DNA from: an uncultured Bacteroidota bacterium
GTDB taxonomy: Bacteria; Bacteroidota; Bacteroidia; Chitinophagales; Chitinophagaceae
Length of the DNA stretch: 34,977 nt
Reading direction: 5' to 3'
Assembly (NCBI GenBank): GCA_903881265.1
Contig: CAIRSV010000270.1
Location: 1-34,977, forward strand
In this document: positions 1 to 10,004 of the stretch, in pieces
How the letters are laid out: each line of letters opens with the position of its first letter
Position numbering within the stretch: position 1 is the first letter of the stretch
Made by a program: the position numbers and the translations under genes
Notes under the pieces: model-generated
What the model saw: the letters and a program-made list of their open reading frames with translations, nothing else
Told to the model about the DNA's origin: nothing
Database searches by the model: none

Positions 1-1103
1 ATTTTTGTATCGGCTGGCTTGTCTGTATTGGTATCAAAGAGTTTATTTTCTTCACCTGTTTCGCCAAGCGTCATGACAATCTTTGTTCGCTCAGCATGTG
101 GTTTCATTGTTTCGGTCGAGTAGGCACTTTGTGTATTTTTATATTCAAATCCGGTAGCGATAATGGTAACACTAATATGTTCACCTAAGTTGTCATCAAA
201 TCCGGTTCCGAAAATTACATCGCAATCTTCGCCGGCTTTTTCTTGAATATAGGCTTGTATCATTTCAACTTCATCCAACGTATGTTCGTGTACGCCATGA
301 GCCGAATTAATATTTAATAAAACCCATTTCGCTCCGTTAATATTATTATCATTTAGTAGCGGTGAATTCAATGCCAATTCGGCTGCTTCATACGCCCTGT
401 TTTCGCCTACGGCTGTGGCATTACCTAAAATGGCAACCCCACCATCACGCATCACTGTGCTCACATCGGCAAAATCAACTACGATATGTCCTTGTGAATT
501 AATAACATCGGTTATGCATTTTGTAGCTGTAGCCAGAATATCATCCGCGCGGCAAAATGCTTGTGACGCCGCAATATTTCCAAATTGATGACGTAGCTTA
601 TCATTTGAGATAACCAAGATGGTATCTACTTTTCCACGTAAGTCATTGATGCCCTCTTCGGCTTGTCTTTGTCTGCGTTTGCCCTCGTATGAAAAAGGGG
701 TCGTGACGATACCGACTGTCAGTATGCCTAGGTCTTTTGCAACCTTAGCAACTATTGGCGCAGCGCCTGTTCCGGTGCCGCCACCCATACCTGCTGTAAC
801 AAATACCATTTTGGTATTGTTCATCAGTAAATTTTCAATTTCATCGATACTTTCCTGACAGGCACGTTGACCTATTTCAGGGTTCGCACCAGCCCCAAGG
901 CCTTGTGTAAGTGATGGCCCGAGTTGTATTTTTGTAGGGACAGGGCTGCTATTTAGTGCTTTTTTATCTGTGTTGCAGACGATGAAGTCTACACCTTCCA
1001 GACCAAGGTTATACATGTAATTAACGGCATTACCGCCGCCGCCGCCAACACCAATTACCTTGATGATGTTTGCATTGTTTTGTGGTAGCTCAAATTGAAT
1101 CAT
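1..1103 (-). CDS. ftsZ: Cell division GTPase FtsZ (N-terminal ~367 codons; the 3' end of the gene lies beyond the left edge)
   Basis: Manual reverse translation from the ATG at 1103..1101 gives [31 protein letters not shown]. The tubulin/FtsZ signature [19 protein letters not shown] lies around 750-810. It is absent from the ORF track because no stop lies in the window. It is the last gene of the dcw cluster, directly after ftsA. Confidence 0.95.
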   Translation of the reverse strand, partial: MIQFELPQNNANIIKVIGVGGGGGNAVNYMYNLGLEGVDFIVCNTDKKALNSSPVPTKIQLGPSLTQGLGAGANPEIGQRACQESIDEIENLLMNNTKMVFVTAGMGGGTGTGAAPIVAKVAKDLGILTVGIVTTPFSYEGKRRQRQAEEGINDLRGKVDTILVISNDKLRHQFGNIAASQAFCRADDILATATKCITDVINSQGHIVVDFADVSTVMRDGGVAILGNATAVGENRAYEAAELALNSPLLNDNNINGAKWVLLNINSAHGVHEHTLDEVEMIQAYIQEKAGEDCDVIFGTGFDDNLGEHISVTIIATGFEYKNTQSAYSTETMKPHAERTKIVMTLGETGEENKLFDTNTDKPADTK

Positions 1104-1149
1104 TTTTTTGAATTTTTGGGTTTTTTGAATTGGGTTTAGGTAAGTTAGT

Positions 1150-2709
1150 TTAGTTGTCTAGACGCTCATCATCGACGTTTTCAAACCAATGCAGCACAGT
1201 CGTTTTGACTGTACTAAACACGTCTTTAATTACTTTAGATCGTTCATTTATTTTTGTACCATGATGATCGGTTATAGCAATTGGTTGATTCGGGTTGGGC
1301 GCTTGGAATAAATTAGTTTGAATTTCTTGAACAGTATCTAATGTGAGTGTGTGTTCAGCGCTTGGATATAGATTAGATAATGAGTGATCATCTTCAGCCT
1401 GTCCAAATTCTTGCTGCAGTAATTCTTCAACACTAGGCTCGAACTTTTGTGTCATACTTGTGAAAGTACCAACAGCTTCAACGCTTTCAGGTAAATTATC
1501 TTCGGTATTGTTGGATGTAAATCGAAGTCTGTTATTTTCAAAATCGTCATAACCGCGAAGGATTAATCCGATACAAGTGGCATACATAGGTTTGAGTAAT
1601 TCTGTTGTATGTCCAGCTGCAAGATGTTCATTTGGAAGTCCAATGCGTGCATTCAATCCTGTGCGGAATTGTGTGAGCTGCATTAGATGTTTTAATTGAC
1701 TTCCTCCGCCGGTGAGTATGATACCACCGTGTAATTTATCTTGAAGATTTTGTTGCTTGATATGATAGACGACATATTCTAGAATTTCGTCCATGCGTGA
1801 CTGTATGATATGGGCTAAGTTCTTGGCAGAAATTTCTTTAGGTTGCTGTCCTTTTAAACCAGGAATCGTGATGAAAGCGTTTGGTTTTGCTTCGTCAGCT
1901 AATGCCATGCCGAACTGCACTTTCATTTGTTCAGCTTGCGATTTTAATACACCCAAACCTTGACGGATATCATTGGTAATATTGACGCCTGCAATTGGAA
2001 TTACCACAGTATGTTTTAACATCCCTTCATGAAATATAGCAAGGTCTGTGGTACCACCGCCGATATCAACGATGGCCACACCGGCTTCTAGATCTTCAGC
2101 ACACATTACTGCGGCAGCAGAAGCCAATGGTTGCAATACAAGATCTTTAGTAGATAAACCAGCGCGTGTTACACAACGATGAATATTTCTGATAGCGGTC
2201 TTGTCGCCCGTTACGATATGGAAGTTAGCGCCTGTCTTGATACCTGTCATTCCAATCACTTCTTTCATCGTAAGATTCGTGATAGCATCCACGGTAAAAT
2301 CCTGCGGTATGATATCAATGATTTGATCACCTGCTGGAAGGTAGGTTTTATACTGATCTTTAATCAGTGCTTCAATATCTTCTTTTTTGATTTCTTCTTC
2401 GATATTGGCAACCACTCTGTCTCCACGTGTCTGAATACTTTTGATATGATGGCCTGCAATACCCACATAGACTTCTTTGATAGTCAGACTTGGATTGCTT
2501 ACCATGCAATTAGTGAGTGCGATATTAATAGAGCGTATACATTCTTCGATGTTGAGTACCATCCCATGATTGACACCGCTGCTATCGGATTTTCCAAAGC
2601 CAAGGATTTCTAATTTGCCATATTCATTTTTACGTCCTGCGATGGCAACGATTTTGGTGGTTCCGATATCAAGACCAACAATGACCGGGTTTTCTTTTTG
2701 CATGTTCAT
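1150..2709 (-). CDS. ftsA: Cell division protein FtsA (actin-like ATPase) with a long C-terminal linker
   Basis: Actin-fold phosphate motifs GLDIGTTKIVAI and DIGGGTTDLAIF. C-terminal amphipathic segment VIKDVFSTVKTTVLHWFENV. Located between ftsQ and ftsZ. Confidence 0.93.
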   Translation of the reverse strand: MNMQKENPVIVGLDIGTTKIVAIAGRKNEYGKLEILGFGKSDSSGVNHGMVLNIEECIRSINIALTNCMVSNPSLTIKEVYVGIAGHHIKSIQTRGDRVVANIEEEIKKEDIEALIKDQYKTYLPAGDQIIDIIPQDFTVDAITNLTMKEVIGMTGIKTGANFHIVTGDKTAIRNIHRCVTRAGLSTKDLVLQPLASAAAVMCAEDLEAGVAIVDIGGGTTDLAIFHEGMLKHTVVIPIAGVNITNDIRQGLGVLKSQAEQMKVQFGMALADEAKPNAFITIPGLKGQQPKEISAKNLAHIIQSRMDEILEYVVYHIKQQNLQDKLHGGIILTGGGSQLKHLMQLTQFRTGLNARIGLPNEHLAAGHTTELLKPMYATCIGLILRGYDDFENNRLRFTSNNTEDNLPESVEAVGTFTSMTQKFEPSVEELLQQEFGQAEDDHSLSNLYPSAEHTLTLDTVQEIQTNLFQAPNPNQPIAITDHHGTKINERSKVIKDVFSTVKTTVLHWFENVDDERLDN

Positions 2710-2735
2710 TTAATTTTAATTGTTTTGGGTGGGTT

Positions 2736-3692
2736 TTAATGAGTTGTTTTGTTTTTTGTCGAGGGCTTTTGTTTTTTGTCAATCTGTTTTTTAGTATCCT
2801 TTATTTTTTCATTGCGTGGTGTGTTAATTTTTTTAGGGCTCGATTGAAGTGACAATAGGTACTTGGCTTTTTGTTCTTTCGCTAATTCGATTTTTGCTTT
2901 CTCAATCGTTTTATTTATCAGTTCTTTCACGGCAGTATTTCTTCCAACCACCTGACGTGCAAATCGAAGATCGATTTCATTATATCTATTCAACTCAATG
3001 CTTGTCATGCCATGCTGATAGAAGGCTAGCAATCGTTTCATTTTGCTATCGAGATCATCCGCCGACCCTAGTTGTATGAGTTGGTTTCCTAGCGCAGGAA
3101 TCAATTCAATTTGATGTTGTTCATTGACATTAATCTGCGAAATCATTGTATTCCAAAATGGATCTGCTTGTACATAATCCGCTAGTTTAACTAGGTCGCT
3201 TTTTAATTTAATATCCTGTGTGGTATTGCTCAAATCTGGAGTAGTTACGACAGGTACTTTGGCAATATATTGATCTGATAATGCAATCGGATTCGCTTGC
3301 TCATCTAGGTAATAGGCACTATCACTGCTGTCATTTTGATTGATACGCACTACTGGTTTTCGTTGCGATATGCTGATATGAATCGTATGATTGGCTGTTA
3401 CATAAACCTCAGCATCTTGTACCCATTTATTGTCACGTATCTTGTTTTCAAGCATATTGATGTTTACATTGCGTAGGATAGATTTATTGACAACTATATG
3501 ATTGTCGTTAAAAAGTTTCAGGATATCATTTGTTGTAACAAAACTCAATTCCGTATTTGATATATCAACATAGATGCCATGAAGTTTCTCATCTTGTTTT
3601 GTTGTATTGGCAAACACAAACGCTCCCACAATACCCGGTATGGATAGCAAAAAGAGAATATTCCGTCCTATTTTTTGTATGCGGGGATTCAT
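2736..3692 (-). CDS. ftsQ: Cell division protein FtsQ-like (single N-terminal TM helix, POTRA-type periplasmic part, Lys-rich tail)
   Basis: N-terminal TM helix ILFLLSIPGIVGAFVFA. Position between murC and ftsA in the dcw cluster. Its start follows the murC stop with a 1-nt gap. Confidence 0.8.
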   Translation of the reverse strand: MNPRIQKIGRNILFLLSIPGIVGAFVFANTTKQDEKLHGIYVDISNTELSFVTTNDILKLFNDNHIVVNKSILRNVNINMLENKIRDNKWVQDAEVYVTANHTIHISISQRKPVVRINQNDSSDSAYYLDEQANPIALSDQYIAKVPVVTTPDLSNTTQDIKLKSDLVKLADYVQADPFWNTMISQINVNEQHQIELIPALGNQLIQLGSADDLDSKMKRLLAFYQHGMTSIELNRYNEIDLRFARQVVGRNTAVKELINKTIEKAKIELAKEQKAKYLLSLQSSPKKINTPRNEKIKDTKKQIDKKQKPSTKNKTTH

Positions 3693-3693
3693 G

Positions 3694-5046
3694 TTATTTT
3701 TCGCTGAGGATTTGTTTTAAAGGTTCAATGATTGTATCAATGTCGCCGGCACCTGCTGTAATAAGTACCTGAAGTTGTGAAGCCTGTGCCCATTTCAATG
3801 TTGACTCTTTTGAAAGGATATGTCGATTATTCAGCGACATTTTATCAAGTATAATTTGACTGCTAACTCCTTCAAGCGGTAATTCTCTTGCGGGATAAAT
3901 ATCAAGTAATATCACTTCATCAGCAAGGTCTAAACTTTCAGCAAAACCTTCTGCAAAGTCTCTAGTGCGGGTAAACAAATGTGGTTGAAAGATGACAGAC
4001 ACTTTTTTGTCTTTGAATAATGTCTTTGCACTTGATATCAGCATCCTCAACTCTTCAGGATGATGCGCATAATCGTCGATATACACCACCTTCTCATTTT
4101 TGATGATGTATTCGAATCGTCGTTTTACACCGCTGAAATCAGCCACTGCTATTTTAGTTTTCTCAAAATCAATTTTCAGTAAATCACAAACAGCTAATGC
4201 AGCAACAGTATTTTCGATATTATGCATGCCGCCAACATTCAAGGTGAGTTCGCCAATCAATTTTTCTTCTTTGTTAAAATTGAATGTATAGCATCCGTTC
4301 TTCATGATGATATCTGATGCATAATATGTGGCTGCTTCATTTTGCAAGCTGTATGAAACTTTTTGTGGCGCGTTAAAATCTTTACTGTGTTGTAACCCGT
4401 GTTTGTATACTAATGTATCCGTAACCTGCGATATGAATTGAAGGTAGCATCGTTCCATTTCTTCGGCTGTTCCATAGATGTCTAAATGATCGGCATCCAT
4501 GGCTGTAACAACTGCAATGGATGGTTGTAATTTTAAGAAACTACGATCATATTCATCCGCTTCAATGACAGCACATGTATTTTCGCTGCTCCAATAATTT
4601 ACGCCATAATTACTTGAGATGCCTCCAAGAAACGCATTGCATCCATACTGAGTATGGCGCAGTATATGCGATATCAACGTGGAGATAGTGGTCTTGCCAT
4701 GTGTGCCAGCAACACAAATGGCTTGCATATGCTGTGAAATAGATTGCAGTATATCACTGCGTTTAACTACGTCGATTGAGCTGTGTTGATACCAAACCAA
4801 TTCCTTATGTGTGGCAGGAATAGCAGGTGTATAGACAACAAGATCCGCCTGCTGATTAATCATTGAAATGTTTTCTTCGAAATGAATGTCGATACCTTCT
4901 TGAATCAAGAGGTCGGTCAGTGGGGTAGGTGTCTTGTCGTATCCACTCACGTGTATCTTACGTTCGTTAAAAAACCTAGCCAATGCACTCATGCCGATAC
5001 CGCCGATACCGATAAAATAAACGCTATGTATATTTTCGAGATTCAT
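3694..5046 (-). CDS. murC: UDP-N-acetylmuramate--L-alanine ligase
   Basis: N-terminal Rossmann motif GIGGIGMSALA and Mur ligase P-loop GTHGKTTIS. dcw context. The ATG overlaps the murG stop (TAATG). Confidence 0.95.
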   Translation of the reverse strand: MNLENIHSVYFIGIGGIGMSALARFFNERKIHVSGYDKTPTPLTDLLIQEGIDIHFEENISMINQQADLVVYTPAIPATHKELVWYQHSSIDVVKRSDILQSISQHMQAICVAGTHGKTTISTLISHILRHTQYGCNAFLGGISSNYGVNYWSSENTCAVIEADEYDRSFLKLQPSIAVVTAMDADHLDIYGTAEEMERCYLQFISQVTDTLVYKHGLQHSKDFNAPQKVSYSLQNEAATYYASDIIMKNGCYTFNFNKEEKLIGELTLNVGGMHNIENTVAALAVCDLLKIDFEKTKIAVADFSGVKRRFEYIIKNEKVVYIDDYAHHPEELRMLISSAKTLFKDKKVSVIFQPHLFTRTRDFAEGFAESLDLADEVILLDIYPARELPLEGVSSQIILDKMSLNNRHILSKESTLKWAQASQLQVLITAGAGDIDTIIEPLKQILSEK

Positions 5047-6152
5047 TAGTTCGCTATTTCAATTAGTTTGTTTGCAATTACGTCGTCCGCATTCGTCACT
5101 TTCATCTGACGAATATTGTGACACATTAGTTCACATTGTTTTTCATCAGTTAGAAGAATATGTATATTTTTTATTAGTTCGCTATTGGCTTCGTTATCTT
5201 TTATCATCAGCGCGGCATTACGTTTAACCAACGCCATTGCATTATGTGTTTGGTGGTCTTCACTGGCAAAAGGAAATGGTACAAATAGCACAGGTTTGCC
5301 CACGATGCACAATTCAGAAATGGATGAAGCCCCGGCCCTTGATACAATGATATCGGCTGCGGCATAGGCATAATCCATTTCACGGATGAATTCGAATACA
5401 CTGATTTGATCTTCATGGCCCTTGATTAATTCCTTAGCTGTTTGAAAAAATAAACTACCAGTCTGCCAAATTAGTTGCACCTTATTTTCTATAAAGAAGG
5501 ACAGATTTTTTGCGAGTGCTTCGTTGATACTTTTTGCACCCAAACTTCCGCCAAATGCAAAGACTGTCTTTTTGTGTTGATCTAGTTTGAAAAACTGCAG
5601 ACCTTCTGCCTTGGATATGTTGGCTTGCGTAATGCCTGAGCGCACTGGATTGCCTGTTTGTAGTATGTGTTCTTTTGGGAAAAATGAATCCATACCATCA
5701 TAGGCGACACAAATTGCGTTGGCTTTGCGCCCTAATATTTTATTGCTTTTGCCAGCAAATGAATTTTGTTCTTGAAGTAATGTGGCAATGCCTTTTAGTT
5801 GGGCCATATAAAGCACAGGGAAGCTTGCATATCCGCCGACACCTACAGCGACATCGGGTTTAAACTCATTGAGTATGGTATTCGCCTGTAAAAAACTTTT
5901 TACTAATTTAAATGGCAACGTTATATTCTTAAGCAGCGAACTCCTGTTGAACCCTGCGATGTCAAGTCCGAGTATGCGATAGCCTTCTTTCGGTACCTTT
6001 TCCATTTCCATTTTTCCCTTGGCACCGACAAACAAAATTTCACATGCAGGTTGCAAACGCTTCATAGCATTTGCAATTGCAATGGCCGGAAAGATATGCC
6101 CTCCGGTGCCACCACCTGCAATGATAATTTTTATGTTTTTCGTTCCTGTCAT
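5046..6152 (-). CDS. murG: UDP-GlcNAc:lipid I N-acetylglucosaminyltransferase
   Basis: GGGTGGHIFPAIAIA G-loop typical of MurG (GT28). dcw context. Confidence 0.95.
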   Translation of the reverse strand: MTGTKNIKIIIAGGGTGGHIFPAIAIANAMKRLQPACEILFVGAKGKMEMEKVPKEGYRILGLDIAGFNRSSLLKNITLPFKLVKSFLQANTILNEFKPDVAVGVGGYASFPVLYMAQLKGIATLLQEQNSFAGKSNKILGRKANAICVAYDGMDSFFPKEHILQTGNPVRSGITQANISKAEGLQFFKLDQHKKTVFAFGGSLGAKSINEALAKNLSFFIENKVQLIWQTGSLFFQTAKELIKGHEDQISVFEFIREMDYAYAAADIIVSRAGASSISELCIVGKPVLFVPFPFASEDHQTHNAMALVKRNAALMIKDNEANSELIKNIHILLTDEKQCELMCHNIRQMKVTNADDVIANKLIEIAN

Positions 6153-6173
6153 TTTTTTCGACCTACTTACTAT

Positions 6174-7346
6174 TTATTGTTCTTCTGAAATTTCTTGTAC
6201 TACTTTATCATCGTTTCCTTCTGTATTTTCAACAAATCTGCTGACACTTAATATGATGCCGATTGCTAGGCAGGTAAACCAAATGGATGAACCGCCCATA
6301 CTTACCAACGGCAAGGTTAAACCGGTAACAGGCAATAGGTTTACATTGACTGCCATATTTAGAAAGGCCTGAAATACGAGCGTGAAACTTAACCCTACGG
6401 CTAAGAACGCGCCAAAGGCAAAGGGGCATCTTCTGAATATGATAATGCTGCGCCATAAGAAAAGAAGATACAGAAACACCATGCCCAAACCCCCAAAGGC
6501 TAAGCCATATTCTTCAATAATTATTGAATAGATAAAATCAGAATAGGGGTGAGGAAGGAAATTTCGTTGTGTACTATTGCCAGGTCCAACACCTGTGATT
6601 CCGCCATTGGCTTGTGCAATTTTGGCTTGTTGCACTTGATAAGGCACATCATCTTTATCTGAGGAAAAAAAGTTTTTTATTCGAGCTTCCCAAGTCGTGG
6701 CACGTCCGAATCCTGTTATTTTTGATACAGTAAACAAAATGCCGAATAACAAAATGCCTGTTACTGCTAGTATAAGTAGATGTGACAATTTAATACGACC
6801 AATGAAAAATAACATACAGCAGGAGATGCCTATCATCACTGCTGTTGATAGATTGGCCATTGCAATTAATCCGCAAATGGCAATCAAGGGTAAGAATATA
6901 TTGATTGCAATTCGTTTAAAATTATCGAGATCATTTTGCAATCTAGATAATTGAAGAGCAAGAAACATAAACAAGCCTAACTTGGCTAGGTCAGAGGTTT
7001 GAAAGGTTAGATGAATGTATGGCAGTTCTATCCAGCGAGAACCTTCATTTAATGTCGTGCCAAAGAATAACGTATACAGAAGCAACGGAATACTTAAGGC
7101 AAACAAAAAGACAGCAATCTTAGAATAGATGACATAATTGACCTTGTGAGCAAAATATATAATCAGTATCCCTGCCATTAAAACGCCTAATTGTTTGATG
7201 AGGTAAATCTCTGTATGTCCCTTATGCATACGATAGGCGAGTGAACCGGTGGAACTATACACGGCCATCAAACTAATCAACGAGAGCACGATGACCACGC
7301 CCCAGATTATTTTATCGCCTTTTGTTCGTTTAAGTAGTTGTTCCAT
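6174..7346 (-). CDS. ftsW: SEDS-family peptidoglycan glycosyltransferase FtsW
   Basis: About 10 predicted TM segments and FtsW/RodA/SpoVE-like sequence. Sits between murD and murG, as in canonical dcw clusters. Confidence 0.9.
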   Translation of the reverse strand: MEQLLKRTKGDKIIWGVVIVLSLISLMAVYSSTGSLAYRMHKGHTEIYLIKQLGVLMAGILIIYFAHKVNYVIYSKIAVFLFALSIPLLLYTLFFGTTLNEGSRWIELPYIHLTFQTSDLAKLGLFMFLALQLSRLQNDLDNFKRIAINIFLPLIAICGLIAMANLSTAVMIGISCCMLFFIGRIKLSHLLILAVTGILLFGILFTVSKITGFGRATTWEARIKNFFSSDKDDVPYQVQQAKIAQANGGITGVGPGNSTQRNFLPHPYSDFIYSIIIEEYGLAFGGLGMVFLYLLFLWRSIIIFRRCPFAFGAFLAVGLSFTLVFQAFLNMAVNVNLLPVTGLTLPLVSMGGSSIWFTCLAIGIILSVSRFVENTEGNDDKVVQEISEEQ

Positions 7347-7358
7347 GTTTGTAATTTC

Positions 7359-8699
7359 TTAAAGTGCTTTTACAGTTGATTTAAATTGTTCGCCCCTGTC
7401 TTCGTAATTTTTAAATAAATCAAAGCTGGCGCAAGCAGGTGAGAGAAGAACACAATCACCTGTTTCGGCTAATGAATAGGCAGCGCGAACAGCATCTTCA
7501 ATGCGGTTGGTGTCTACAATTTCAATCATACCATCGAAAAAAGTATGAATAGGTGTATTGTCCATACCTAGACATACAATGGTTTTCACTTTCTCATTCA
7601 CTAGATCCCTAATTTCGTTATAGTCATTGCCTTTATCAATGCCACCTAAAATAAGGATGGTTGGTTTCGTCATGCTTTCTAATGCATACCATACGCTGTT
7701 GAGGTTAGTGGCCTTACTGTCGTTAATAAATTCAATACCTCTAATGGTGGCTACGCTCTCCATTCGATGTTCGATAGCAGTAAAGGTCTTCAGACATTCA
7801 CGAATGCTAGCATCTCGTATTTCAGCTACGCGCGCTGAAATACCTGCTGCCATGGAGTTGTATTGATTATGTTTGCCTTTCAATGAAAGCTCGTTGATCG
7901 ATATAGAAAATGGTTCGCCATTGACTTTGATGACCAGTTCGTTTTGATTGAGAAAGGCTCCATCTCCTTTAAGTTGTTCGTTCATTGTGAAGAAAAGAGT
8001 TTTTGAATTGATTGGGTTATCGTGTAAAAATTGTTGTATCGTTGTATCGTCCTTGCAAAGGATGAGGTAATCATCCTCCTCTTGGTATTTTGTGATGTTG
8101 AATTTAGCTTGTGTGTATTTCGCAAAATCATAATCGTATCTATCTAAATGGTCGGGCGTGATATTCATAATGACTGCGATGTCGGGTCGGAACGATTGGA
8201 TATCATCGAGTTGAAAACTGCTGATTTCCATTACATACCACTCGGTTGGTTTCACTACGATTTGTCGTGCGAAACTGTTACCGATATTGCCGACCACTGA
8301 GACATCGTACCCCGCTTTTTCGAAAATGTAATAGGCAAGACTTGTGGTGGTAGTCTTGCCATTACTGCCTGTGATACAAAGAATTTTGCTTTCACCTTTA
8401 TATCGAAAGGCGAATTCAATTTCGCTAATCACAGAAATTCCTTTAGCACGAATTTTTTTCATGATATCCGCCTTCTCAGGAATGCCAGGACTTTTTATAA
8501 TTTGTTGCGCATCTAAGATCAGGTCTTCGGAATGCTGTCCTTCTTCGAATGGAATATGATGTTGTTGAAGTTCTATCTTATACTTTTCAGGAATAAGCCC
8601 TCTGTCGCTCACGAACACAGAAATACCGCGCTGCTTTGCAAGCAAGGCTGCTCCTGTTCCGCTTTCGCCACTTCCTAATATGATGAGATTAAATTCCAC
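7359..8699 (-). CDS. murD: UDP-N-acetylmuramoylalanine--D-glutamate ligase
   Basis: GSGESGTGAA N-terminal motif and Mur ligase P-loop GSNGKTTTTSL. The start codon at 8699 is GTG (read from the sequence), and the N-terminus matches the usual MurD start. Confidence 0.93.
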   Translation of the reverse strand: MEFNLIILGSGESGTGAALLAKQRGISVFVSDRGLIPEKYKIELQQHHIPFEEGQHSEDLILDAQQIIKSPGIPEKADIMKKIRAKGISVISEIEFAFRYKGESKILCITGSNGKTTTTSLAYYIFEKAGYDVSVVGNIGNSFARQIVVKPTEWYVMEISSFQLDDIQSFRPDIAVIMNITPDHLDRYDYDFAKYTQAKFNITKYQEEDDYLILCKDDTTIQQFLHDNPINSKTLFFTMNEQLKGDGAFLNQNELVIKVNGEPFSISINELSLKGKHNQYNSMAAGISARVAEIRDASIRECLKTFTAIEHRMESVATIRGIEFINDSKATNLNSVWYALESMTKPTILILGGIDKGNDYNEIRDLVNEKVKTIVCLGMDNTPIHTFFDGMIEIVDTNRIEDAVRAAYSLAETGDCVLLSPACASFDLFKNYEDRGEQFKSTVKAL

Positions 8700-8723
8700 T
8701 TGTTTTTTTATTGCTTATTTTTT

Positions 8724-9995
8724 TTATTGCATTTTTAATGTCACTACACTTAAAACCGCCAGTACAATTCCTATGATCCAAAATCTAATGGCTATCTTAC
8801 TTTCATGATAACCCAACTTTTGATAATGATGATGAAGTGGCGACATCAGAAAGACGCGCCGGCCTTCGCCATATTTACGTTTGGTATATTTGAAAAATGT
8901 TACTTGTATAATCACACTTAAATTTTCAATGAGAAAGACGCCGCAGATTATTGGGATTAATAATTCCTTACGGATAATAATGGCTAGTGATGCAATGATG
9001 CCTCCTAAAGCCAAACTGCCTGTATCACCCATAAACACTTGAGCTGGGTAGCTATTGTACCATAGAAATCCGATGCATGCCCCTACGAAGGCACCAATGA
9101 AAATGGAGAGTTCGTCTAGATTCGGAATCGGCATAATATTGAGGTACTGAGCGAAATTAAAATTCCCTGAAACATAGGCAAATAGGGCTAGGCAAATACC
9201 GATGATCGCGCTCGTACCTGTGGCTAGTCCATCTAATCCATCAGTGATATTAGCGCCATTTGAAACTGCCACGATAATGAAAATAACGAAGAGGATATAG
9301 ATAATAGGTGTTAAGAAGTCTACAGCACCTTGTCCGAACCATGAGGCTATTTTAGCATAACTAAGCTCATGTTTTTTTGCAAAAGGAATTGTGGTAACAG
9401 CACTTTTTACTCTTGCATACGTGCGTGTTCTGCCTTTGTCATCAATACGAACAATATTGTCTTTCAGTACTTTGTCGGCTGTGCTGTACATCGCTGGTCG
9501 ACCGCCTGTAGTTTCGCGAATGATATAGACATTTTGGTTGTAGTAAAGTGTGGCACCGACAATGATACCTAAACCAACTTGCCCTAAAATTTTAAACCTG
9601 CCTGCAAGTCCTTCTTTATTTTTTTTGAATACTTTGATATAGTCATCGAGGAAGCCAATTAATCCAAGCCATACGGTTGAAATAACCATCAATAAAATAT
9701 AGACATTCTCTACGCGAGCAAAAAGTAAAGTTGGTATCAGAATGGCAGCAATAATGATGATGCCCCCCATCGTTGGTGTTCCTGATTTTTGTTTTTCACC
9801 TTCAAGTCCCAAATCGCGAACGGTTTCACCGATTTGTTTTCTGTGAAGATATTTGATTAGACGTTTGCCATAAACCAATGAGATGATCAATGACAGAATG
9901 ATGGCCATAGCTGTTCTGAAAGATATAAAGTAGAATACCCCGGCTCCCGGCATATTAAACTGTTCTTTAAGATATGTAAATAAATGGTACAGCAT
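8724..9995 (-). CDS. mraY: Phospho-N-acetylmuramoyl-pentapeptide transferase
   Basis: Polytopic membrane protein with the MraY motif [11 protein letters not shown] and HHHY near the C-terminus. dcw context. Confidence 0.95.
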   Translation of the reverse strand: MLYHLFTYLKEQFNMPGAGVFYFISFRTAMAIILSLIISLVYGKRLIKYLHRKQIGETVRDLGLEGEKQKSGTPTMGGIIIIAAILIPTLLFARVENVYILLMVISTVWLGLIGFLDDYIKVFKKNKEGLAGRFKILGQVGLGIIVGATLYYNQNVYIIRETTGGRPAMYSTADKVLKDNIVRIDDKGRTRTYARVKSAVTTIPFAKKHELSYAKIASWFGQGAVDFLTPIIYILFVIFIIVAVSNGANITDGLDGLATGTSAIIGICLALFAYVSGNFNFAQYLNIMPIPNLDELSIFIGAFVGACIGFLWYNSYPAQVFMGDTGSLALGGIIASLAIIIRKELLIPIICGVFLIENLSVIIQVTFFKYTKRKYGEGRRVFLMSPLHHHYQKLGYHESKIAIRFWIIGIVLAVLSVVTLKMQ

Positions 9996-10004
9996 GTTGT
10001 GTTT

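Noticed and set aside
1104-1131. Repeated TTTTTTGAATT (1104..1114 and 1121..1131) between ftsA and ftsZ.
   Set aside because: On the coding strand this is an A-rich leader (AATTCAAAAAA x2) directly before the ftsZ ATG. That fits the A-rich, Shine-Dalgarno-less translation initiation regions typical of Bacteroidota. There is no reason to invoke anything further.
2179-2613. 144-aa plus-strand ORF inside ftsA. The same applies to similar long antisense ORFs at 619..858 (in ftsZ), 14927..15325 (in mraZ), 17012..17413 (in priA), 22001..22450 (in the peptidase), 24831..25229 (in ftsX) and 33385..33981 (198 aa, in gldN).
   Set aside because: All lie fully antisense to genes with strong family signatures. 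Their translations are low-complexity and rich in Cys/Phe/Ile/His, with no recognisable motifs. Long stop-free antisense frames are expected in AT-rich genes with biased codon usage.
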